From: Patescibacteria group bacterium
GTDB lineage: Bacteria; Patescibacteriota; Microgenomatia; Woykebacterales; 2-01-FULL-43-14
Assembly (NCBI GenBank): GCA_023485445.1
Contig: JAMCZT010000033.1
Location: forward strand, 11,170-75,169
Reading direction: 5' to 3'
DNA: 64,000 nt
In this document: positions 10,741 through 16,749 of the stretch, piece after piece
Position numbering within the stretch: the stretch's first letter is position 1
How the letters are laid out: the number at the start of each line of letters is the position of its first letter
Position numbers and translations under genes: made by a program
The notes under the pieces: generated by a model
Told to the model about the DNA's origin: nothing
The model's database searches: none
Seen by the model: only the letters and a program-made list of their open reading frames with translations

Positions 10741-10920
10741 TCACTGCGATCTAAATTCTCGGCATACAGATGCATCCCAATTTGAACAGTCTTTTCCCGG
10801 ACAGAAACCCCATAAACGCTCTGCCCAGCATTTCTGATTTTCCATCTGCTGTCCTCTTAACCAGTCATCTTTTAAGGCTTTGGTCACCTGATCAGACTCC
10901 TCTCCCCAAGAAGCGTTCAT
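10741..10920 (-). CDS. Small Trp- and Cys-rich ORF (59 aa) between the T-box terminator and trpS
   Basis: Own translation: MNASWGEESDQVTKALKDDWLRGQQMENQKCWAERLWGFCPGKDCSNWDASVCREFRSQ, with 5 Trp and 4 Cys. GGAAGGAG lies 5 nt upstream of ATG 10920. It falls below the 60-aa track cutoff. An internal Met26 also has an AGAGGA Shine-Dalgarno sequence. Confidence 0.45.
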   Translation of the reverse strand: MNASWGEESDQVTKALKDDWLRGQQMENQKCWAERLWGFCPGKDCSNWDASVCREFRSQ

Positions 10921-10949
10921 TTCTTCTCCTTCCGTAAATTTATTTAATT

Positions 10950-11004
10950 AAAAAACCTCCGTCGTTATTCACCCTTTTTTGAGGGTAAACAAGGACGGAG
11001 GTTT
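10950..11004 (-). terminator. Intrinsic terminator of the T-box leader
   Basis: Minus strand reads AACCUCCGUC..(inner ACCC/GGGU helix)..GACGGAGGUU followed by UUUUUU. The 5' arm overlaps the antiterminator 3' strand. Confidence 0.8.
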
Positions 11005-11249
11005 GATCCAATCCGCGGTACCACCTTGCTTTAGCTAAAGAACTAAAAAAGCGTCTAAATCAATTAGACGCCGACACCGTATGCTCTTTAGCCCTTGTTG
11101 TGGCTGACTCCGATATCCGACATCAGCTTGCCTTTTGTTTACGGAAGGCTTCCGAAGAAAGCTACTTTCGCAAGGAATCTTGCGATGATTCACCTTCTCA
11201 GCTTCGTTGGGCCCATACTCCCAACTCAAACGCTTTTAAATATTCAATT
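10950..11249 (-). promoter_or_regulatory. T-box riboswitch leader (tRNA-sensing transcription attenuator) upstream of the small ORF and trpS
   Basis: Minus strand 11031-11013 reads AAGCAAGGUGGUACCGCGG, matching the T-box consensus AAnnnGGGUGGnACCGCG. A canonical antiterminator can be drawn: CAAGG / 7-nt bulge UGGUACC / GCGGA-loop-UCCGU / CCUUG. It is mutually exclusive with the terminator. A Stem III-like hairpin GCGUCUAA-uuga-UUUAGACGC lies at ~11045-11065. AGUA and GAGAAGGUGAA elements occur in the 5' part. Confidence 0.8.
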
Positions 11250-11255
11250 GTCTAT

Positions 11256-11284
11256 TTTATATCACTTTCTAAGTTAAAAGTCAA
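11256..11284 (-). promoter_or_regulatory. Promoter of the T-box leader
   Basis: Minus strand TTGACT (11284-11279), 17-nt spacer, TATAAA (11261-11256). It would give a leader of ~300 nt. Confidence 0.55.
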
Positions 11285-11295
11285 TCCTGTAGTTT

Positions 11296-11622
11296 TTAGC
11301 AGATCTTAGTTCCAACAGGAGTTTCAGAGATAACCGTCAAAAATATTGGTTTATCCGCATTGGCGCAAAGAAGCATTCCTTGCGATTCTAATCCCATTAT
11401 TTTCCTTGGTTCTAAATTAGCCACGATTACGACACTTTTATTCAGCAACTCTTCAGGCTGATAAAAAGGAGCAATCCCAGATAAAATTTGCCTCTTCTCT
11501 TCTCCCAAGTCAATCTCTAAACAAAGGAGTTTCTCTGAACCCTCAACTCGCGCTGCAACAATAATTTTTCCCACTCGTAGATCTAGCTTTTTAAATTGTT
11601 CAAATGAAATTTGCTCTGGCAT
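11296..11622 (-). CDS. tRNA-binding domain protein (CsaA/Trbp111/EMAP-like OB fold)
   Basis: 108 aa. FKKLDLRVGKI..A..VEGSEKLLCLEIDLGEE.RQILSGIA..Y.PEEL..K.VVIVANLEPRKIMG.ESQGMLL is the typical stand-alone tRNA_bind domain. Confidence 0.8.
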   Translation of the reverse strand: MPEQISFEQFKKLDLRVGKIIVAARVEGSEKLLCLEIDLGEEKRQILSGIAPFYQPEELLNKSVVIVANLEPRKIMGLESQGMLLCANADKPIFLTVISETPVGTKIC

Positions 11623-11626
11623 AAAA

Positions 11627-11923
11627 TTAAGCCTTTAATTGGTCAATTTTTTCTTCAATTCTTTTTAACGCATTCAGAATCTCTTGGAACTCTGAAGTTT
11701 CAGCCGTTGGAGTGGGTCCTCCAAGAGTTCCTTCTGAGTAATTGCTCCAAGGATTCCAAACCTCTTCCTCTGGATTTTCCGTTCCCTGATTGGACATAAC
11801 GGGTTCTTGACTTGGAAGTGGTTGGGAAGAAGTAACTGGAGAATCAATTTGGTTTGCAGGCAAGACCGGCGCTAAGTCAGGGGTGGAAATTTCTGTCATA
11901 AAAAAATCCTTTCTGGCTAACAA
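11627..11923 (-). CDS. Hypothetical acidic, Pro/Ser-rich small protein
   Basis: 98-aa ORF, 4 nt from the downstream gene. No recognisable domain. The start could be the internal MTEIST. Confidence 0.45.
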   Translation of the reverse strand: MLARKDFFMTEISTPDLAPVLPANQIDSPVTSSQPLPSQEPVMSNQGTENPEEEVWNPWSNYSEGTLGGPTPTAETSEFQEILNALKRIEEKIDQLKA

Positions 11924-11982
11924 CCATCTTCTAGTCTAACTTTATCTTAATCAACGAGAAAATTTATGTCAACTAAAGGAAT

Positions 11983-12057
11983 TGGTGACAGGGGGGAGAT
12001 TCGAACTCCCGACCAAGAGCTTATGAGTCTCCTGCTCTACCGCTGAGCTACCCTGTC
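11983..12057 (-). tRNA. tRNA-Met (anticodon CAU), elongator type (G1-C72). Ile2 (lysidine) identity cannot be excluded
   Basis: Hand-folded cloverleaf: GACAGGG TA GCTC AGCGGTA GAGC A GGAGA CTCATAA GCTCT TGGTC GGGAG TTCGAAT CTCCC CCCTGTC ACCA (75 nt, CCA encoded). Confidence 0.85.
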
Positions 12058-12126
12058 TTATAATAAAGCTTAACAAGAAGTCCCGCAAGGCGGGACTTTA
12101 ATGAAGAAGGGTAAAGAAAAATAGCT

Positions 12127-12201
12127 TGGTTGCGGGTGCCGGACTCGAACCGGCTTAAGTGAGATTATGAGCCTCACGGGATGCCTAACCCCCCACCCGC
12201 G
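12127..12201 (-). tRNA. tRNA-fMet-like initiator (anticodon CAU) with a C1xA72 mismatch
   Basis: CGCGGGT GG GGGG TTAGGCA TCCC G TGAGG CTCATAA TCTCA CTTAA GCCGG TTCGAGT CCGGC ACCCGCA ACCA. Only the register with unpaired C1/A72 gives a 5-bp T stem and a proper discriminator. Confidence 0.8.
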
Positions 12202-12231
12202 CCGACGAAAGTATTCTAACATATCCTAGCC

Positions 12232-12585
12232 TCATAAGTCAAACCCAGCTAAAAATAAATTACTCCATTTCCGCCAATTTTGGATTTCTAAGGGTGCCTT
12301 CGGCGATTCCTTGGCCGAGTTACTTTCGGGTAAAGCAACAGCGGTTTCATTTGGCTTTCCTAGATTAAGTTTTTCCCTAGCTTCTTTTTCAATAAAGTAA
12401 TCACTTTGCCGAAAAGAAATTTCTTTTTTTAGTTTATCGTTTTCATTTTTCAATGCTGCCAATTTACTTTCAGATTCGCCCAAACGAGAACCGCTCCGAT
12501 AAGAATCCCAAACTCCCCGAGCCAAACTAATTACTAAAAATATCCCTAAAATTATCAAGACTGTTTTCAAAGCAACTTGTTTCAT
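12232..12585 (-). CDS. Septum formation initiator family protein (FtsB/DivIC-like)
   Basis: 117 aa. One N-terminal TM, a coiled coil (KLAALKNENDKLKKEI), then the DYFIEKEAREKLNLGKPNE signature. Confidence 0.7.
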   Translation of the reverse strand: MKQVALKTVLIILGIFLVISLARGVWDSYRSGSRLGESESKLAALKNENDKLKKEISFRQSDYFIEKEAREKLNLGKPNETAVALPESNSAKESPKAPLEIQNWRKWSNLFLAGFDL

Positions 12586-12683
12586 ACACTTTCCCTGAAA
12601 GGCTATGTCAACTCAACTATCTAGTATTATACCACTTCTTACTTTTTAAAAAACGAAAGTATTTGTTAGCCCCATAGTAGTCA

Positions 12684-12712
12684 TTGACAAGGATATTTTC
12701 CTATGCTATAAT
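12684..12712 (+). promoter_or_regulatory. Consensus sigma-70 promoter driving an apparently leaderless xerC/D-like mRNA
   Basis: TTGACA (12684-12689), exactly 17 nt, TATAAT (12707-12712). The ATG at 12722 is only 9 nt past the -10, and no Shine-Dalgarno sequence is present. Confidence 0.7.
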
Positions 12713-12721
12713 CCTCCGTGT

Positions 12722-13594
12722 ATGATTACTGTTTCAGAAGCCCATCAAAAATTTGTTGATCATCTTAAAAGCCAGTCGCGTTCTAGCGCGACCGTTTTAG
12801 CATACGGTAAGGATATTGAACAGCTTAAAGAATTTTTAAAGAAAGCTGAAAAAGAACACGTTCACGAAGTAAGCGTGAAAGATCTTCGTAATTTCATGAG
12901 CAAACTTTCCAATGAAGGTTACACTCCAAAGAGTATTTCTCGCAAAACGAATTCAACCAAGACTTTTTTTCGATTTTTAAAAATTAATGAATATATCACT
13001 GATGACCCTGCTCTCCTCCTAGAACACCCTAAATTTGACGTCAAACCTCCTCGAATTTTATCTAAAATTGAATATCGTGCCCTTCGTGACGCGGCTAGAA
13101 ATGATAACCGAACTTCTGCAATTATAGAAGCCCTTCTTCAAACAGGAATCAGAATTGGTGAGCTGGCCAATCTCAATCTTGAGGAAATTAAATGGGGACA
13201 AGGAAACAAGTCAGGTGAACTTTTCATTAGGGCACAAGAATCTCATAGCGAACGGTTCGTTCCTTTAAATAAGGCGGCAGAAGCAGCCTTAAAACGTTAC
13301 CTGGAAACCAGACCAAACGGGAAGGAACAAAGAGTCTTCATCACAAAAACCGGACGTCCTCTTCTCGTACGTAATATTCGCACGGCTATTGACCGTTATT
13401 TTAGAATCGCGGGAATCAAAGACGCCAAAGTCAACGATCTCCGACACACCTTTGTCGCTCATCACCTAATGATGGGGGCTTCTTTGGTAGTCGTCTCAAA
13501 GCTTGCCGGTCATAAAAGATTGGCAACGACAGAAAAATACCTTGAGCTGATTAAAGAACGGCCTGAAGAACCAGTGCGGTTAGAGGAACTTTAA
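12722..13594 (+). CDS. Tyrosine recombinase, XerC/XerD-like
   Basis: 290 aa. N-terminal SAM-like core-binding domain. Catalytic region contains ..TGIRIGELANL.., DLRHTFVAHHLMMGASL..V.KLAGHKRLATTEKY (R..HxxR..Y). Confidence 0.85.
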   Translation: MITVSEAHQKFVDHLKSQSRSSATVLAYGKDIEQLKEFLKKAEKEHVHEVSVKDLRNFMSKLSNEGYTPKSISRKTNSTKTFFRFLKINEYITDDPALLLEHPKFDVKPPRILSKIEYRALRDAARNDNRTSAIIEALLQTGIRIGELANLNLEEIKWGQGNKSGELFIRAQESHSERFVPLNKAAEAALKRYLETRPNGKEQRVFITKTGRPLLVRNIRTAIDRYFRIAGIKDAKVNDLRHTFVAHHLMMGASLVVVSKLAGHKRLATTEKYLELIKERPEEPVRLEEL

Positions 13595-13595
13595 A

Positions 13596-13884
13596 CTACA
13601 ACCTTTTTAGGATCTCCCAAATCTTTTTCAAAGCTTTTCCTCGGTGACTTATTTCGTTTTTCTCATCCATGCTTAATTGCGCGTTGTTTTTCCTTTTTCT
13701 AGACTGTAAAAAATCGGATCATAGCCAAAACCATTAGATCCTTGTGGCTCTTTTGTGATCAAACCTTCGCAAGTTCCTGTACAAATGTGAAGGTGGCCGG
13801 TTTGAGGATCATAAAGAGCAAGAACCGATCGGTACCTTGCTGTTCTTTCCCTTTATTTCTTGTCGCAACCAAGAGTTTCTCCAT
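13596..13884 (-). pseudogene. rdgB: Degraded rdgB/HAM1 (non-canonical purine NTP pyrophosphatase) remnant
   Basis: Own three-frame reading: [15 protein letters not shown] (N-terminus) / [54 protein letters not shown] / [27 protein letters not shown]. Roughly 100 central codons are missing and there are two frame changes. Confidence 0.75.
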
Positions 13885-13893
13885 AACTTACTC

Positions 13894-15366
13894 TCAATAG
13901 TCTAAGCGCAAAAATTTTTCTATTGTTCTTAAGTAAACTTCCACTGTTCTCGTTAAACTGTCACTGTAGACAAATTCGTTAGCCGCATGCGCCCCACTGC
14001 CCAGGGGTCCGAAGACAACCGTCGGGATGCCCATGTTAATAAGCATAAAACTCTCATTCGCTGGGCCGGTTCCCCGCGCCGAAATCGGCTTTTCATAAAC
14101 TTCTTGGCAAGCTTCTTTAAGAGCCTCCACCACTGGTTCTTCGCTCGATAAAGCCACTGGAGGAATTTCTACAAATTTTTCTAAGTTCACTGTTAAACCG
14201 ACACGCCTTTTAACAATTTTTTCACAAGTTTCTTTGATTTGAGTGTAAATAGAATTAATATCTAGCCCCGGTAAATAACGCACTTCCACCACCGTCGTAC
14301 ACTCTCCTGGTACTGTGCTCACTGCGGAACCTCCATGAAGAATCATCGTTCCTGGCGTGATCACGTTTTCGTGAGTCGGAAAGGCCGGATGATTCATTTT
14401 TGGTAAAGACATCTTCTCCAAAGCCAACAGTATTTCCGCCATTCCCGTAACCGCATTAACGCCTCGTTCTCTTTTCTGCCACTTAACGCTCCCTGTGTGG
14501 ATATTTTCTCCTTGCGTTTTGATTCTTATCCTTAAAACCCCTCTGTGACCAATACCGATGTTATAACTCCCTCCGTAACCATAAATTGCTGCTTTGCCGA
14601 AGATTTGTTTGCTTTTGATGAGAAACTCCATTCCCTGGTCAAAAATACGTGTGTCTGTCGATCCCCCCTCTTCATTTGAAACCAAAACCAAGCGAACATT
14701 ATACGGCAACTTCAAATCTAGTTCTTTAACGAGAATAAGGGTAAAAATAGCGCAGGAAATCCCTCCTTTCATATCTACGGCTCCCCGTCCGATGATTCTT
14801 CCGCCGGTAATATGACCTGAAAACGGGTAATGCTCCCAATCACTAATCAAACCAACCCCGATTGTATCCATATGCCCTACTAAAAGAAAGGTTTCTTTCC
14901 TATCCGGATCAGTGTCGATAATTAGATTTGGACGAAAAACATCTTTGGTTATTTCTTGGGCTTTTAGTCCGTAGGAACGTACAAATCTCAGGATAAATTC
15001 CGCGATCTCACGCTCTGGGTGTTCACCAGAAACAGAAGGAATACGAATAAGGTTTTGGGTTAGCTTTATTAAATCTGGTTCTATCTCAGTTAATTTTTGC
15101 TTTATCAATTCATAATCGAGTGAATTACTAATAGGCGCCTCTGAAGTCTTAAGCGTGTTAGGGACAGAAAAGTAAACTTGGTTTCCAATCTTTTGGCGGT
15201 TTAAAATGCCGCTTTTAACCAGGGACTGGATCAGCCGCGAAAGGTTTCCAGGGTCAACGTCTAGGGCAGCGGCTAATTTTCTTAGGTAAAACTGCTCGTT
15301 GGGTCTATTGGACAGAAATCCAAGCACTTGTTGTTGTATGTTAGTTAAACCATTCACAACAGTCAT
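13894..15366 (-). CDS. Fusion of an N-terminal winged-helix (MarR/ArsR-like) domain to an M20 metallopeptidase (ArgE/DapE/ACY1 family)
   Basis: 490 aa. N-terminal LRKLAAALDVDPGNLSRLIQSLVKSGILNR. M20 motifs LVGHMDTIG, GRGAVDMKGG, SNEEGGS and a C-terminal ..GSGAHAANEF. Confidence 0.8.
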   Translation of the reverse strand: MTVVNGLTNIQQQVLGFLSNRPNEQFYLRKLAAALDVDPGNLSRLIQSLVKSGILNRQKIGNQVYFSVPNTLKTSEAPISNSLDYELIKQKLTEIEPDLIKLTQNLIRIPSVSGEHPEREIAEFILRFVRSYGLKAQEITKDVFRPNLIIDTDPDRKETFLLVGHMDTIGVGLISDWEHYPFSGHITGGRIIGRGAVDMKGGISCAIFTLILVKELDLKLPYNVRLVLVSNEEGGSTDTRIFDQGMEFLIKSKQIFGKAAIYGYGGSYNIGIGHRGVLRIRIKTQGENIHTGSVKWQKRERGVNAVTGMAEILLALEKMSLPKMNHPAFPTHENVITPGTMILHGGSAVSTVPGECTTVVEVRYLPGLDINSIYTQIKETCEKIVKRRVGLTVNLEKFVEIPPVALSSEEPVVEALKEACQEVYEKPISARGTGPANESFMLINMGIPTVVFGPLGSGAHAANEFVYSDSLTRTVEVYLRTIEKFLRLDY

Positions 15367-15402
15367 TGTATCAGAAAACTAAAAATACAACAAGTTTTTT
15401 AG

Positions 15403-15445
15403 AGGGTGTAACTGTATGGATTCGAACCATCGGCCCACACTTTAT
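15403..15445 (-). pseudogene. Decayed copy of the 3' part (anticodon loop to 3' end) of the neighbouring tRNA-Ile(UAU)
   Basis: 15412-15445 matches 15536-15569 with one mismatch. Similarity continues more weakly into the acceptor arm (GGGTGTAACTG vs TGGTGGGACTG). Identity starts at anticodon-loop position ~35. Confidence 0.7.
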
Positions 15446-15525
15446 TTTCATCAGAAAACGTCATTCCCATTGATAAATGGGAAGGTCATATTTGCAAGAA
15501 TACGTCTTGCAAATTGTCTTGCTTC

Positions 15526-15600
15526 TGGTGGGACTGGATGGATTCGAACCATCGGCCCACACTTTATAAGAGTGTTGCTCTGCCACTGAGCTACAGTCCC
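15526..15600 (-). tRNA. tRNA-Ile (anticodon UAU)
   Basis: GGGACTG TA GCTC AGTGGCA GAGC A ACACT CTTATAA AGTGT GGGCC GATGG TTCGAAT CCATC CAGTCCC ACCA. 75 nt, all stems Watson-Crick. Confidence 0.85.
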
Positions 15601-15613
15601 AAATTTCCGCTCA

Positions 15614-15643
15614 ATTATATCACCCTGAGCTTTCCTTTATCAA
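15614..15643 (-). promoter_or_regulatory. Promoter of tRNA-Ile(UAU)
   Basis: Minus strand TTGATA (15643-15638), 18 nt, TATAAT (15619-15614). 13 nt lie between the -10 and the tRNA 5' end. Confidence 0.6.
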
Positions 15644-15711
15644 GAAAGGCTTGGTGCAAAGCAAAACCTTTTATGCTTCAAAAATTTAGGAGTAGCTGGG
15701 GAAAGCCAAGG

Positions 15712-16692
15712 CTAATCTGCAAAATCCTGGGTAAACATCATTCCGTTTATCCCACCGTCTATCACGCCAATGCCTACTCGACCAAACTCTGATTGTAAAA
15801 TATTAGCCCGATGCCCAGGACTATTCATCAATCCCCGATGGGCAATTTCCAAAGTAGGCGCGTAGGCTAAGTTTTCCCCCGCGGATTCGAACGCCACACC
15901 ACTTTTGGTCATTCGGTCGAAAGGTGACAAACCATCTGGGTTATAATGAGAAAAAAATTTTCGTTCGAACATATCTTTACTTTGAGCTCTCGCCACTGCC
16001 CGTAGGTTCGAATCCATCTTTAACGGTTTCAAACCTGTCTTTTCTCTCTCCTGGTTAACTAGAGCCAGCATCGCTTCTTCTGTTTTTTCATCTACCGTTA
16101 GTTGAAGACTGGAAGGAAAATATAAAGGAGTAGAAGATTTTTCCGGAGATGCTGGAGGGTTAAGGATAAACAAAAGATTTTTTGTCGGTAATTGGCGGAT
16201 AAAATGCTCTAGGGCAGGTTCTACGGTATAAACCTGGGATAAAACATTCTTTCCCCACCAGGAAGCTTCTACAGGCTTTCTGACCGCCGGATTAAAGGGG
16301 AGCATCACTGGAAGGAGAGTCAACACGATAATCAAAAAAACGCCTACGGCTAATGAAGGAAAAATTCCCAAGACCTTATCTACCTGTTTCAAGGGAAATA
16401 AAGGCAAAAAAAGTTTGGCAAAAAGAGCGTAAAAAAAAGAAAGAACATAGCTGCTGCCAAAACCTAGTAGAATTAAAAGACCAAAAAAACTGATTATCTG
16501 GGCAATATTAGAACCTAAACCTATTAACTTACTTATCAAATCACCAAAATTAGGATAGTAATAAATAGAGATAAGAAGTGAGGAAACCGTGCTTAGAAAA
16601 TTTAAAAGTCCCCCAAAAAAGCCAGTTTCCAAACCTTGCCAAATAAAATATAACAAAGCTAAAATTACCAGAAAATCTACCCAATTAAACAT
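15712..16692 (-). CDS. Membrane protein: CvpA-like N-terminal TM domain fused to an extracytoplasmic CAP/SCP (PR-1, YkwD-like) domain
   Basis: 326 aa. ~4 TM helices, then ..LVNQEREKTGLKPLKMDSNLRAVARAQSKDM..FSHYNPDG..GENLAY..MNSPGHRANIL...GIGV. Confidence 0.7.
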   Translation of the reverse strand: MFNWVDFLVILALLYFIWQGLETGFFGGLLNFLSTVSSLLISIYYYPNFGDLISKLIGLGSNIAQIISFFGLLILLGFGSSYVLSFFYALFAKLFLPLFPLKQVDKVLGIFPSLAVGVFLIIVLTLLPVMLPFNPAVRKPVEASWWGKNVLSQVYTVEPALEHFIRQLPTKNLLFILNPPASPEKSSTPLYFPSSLQLTVDEKTEEAMLALVNQEREKTGLKPLKMDSNLRAVARAQSKDMFERKFFSHYNPDGLSPFDRMTKSGVAFESAGENLAYAPTLEIAHRGLMNSPGHRANILQSEFGRVGIGVIDGGINGMMFTQDFAD

Positions 16693-16749
16693 GTCGTAAC
16701 TCCAAAATGGATAGGTGCAGGTCTTCTCCTTTGGCCTGCACCTTAACCG

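Noticed and set aside
11041-11075. Hairpin GCGUCUAA-uuga-UUUAGACGC plus U6 (minus strand) considered as the terminator of the upstream tRNA-binding-protein gene
   Set aside because: It lies inside the T-box leader, downstream of the leader's own promoter and just 5' of the T-box sequence. That is the standard position of Stem III. A terminator role cannot be fully excluded, so it is not listed as a separate terminator.
12084-12106. AAAGUCCCGC..GCGGGACUU hairpin between the two CAU tRNAs, briefly considered as an RNase P RNA P4-like 'AAAGUCC' signature
   Set aside because: It is only a 23-nt isolated hairpin with none of the other RNase P RNA conserved regions nearby. It is more likely a processing or termination hairpin.
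15514-15792. 92-aa plus-strand ORF (MSCFWWDWMDSNHRPTLYKSV..)
   Set aside because: Its 5' part is the antisense of tRNA-Ile(UAU) and its 3' part is antisense to the CvpA-CAP gene end. Spurious.
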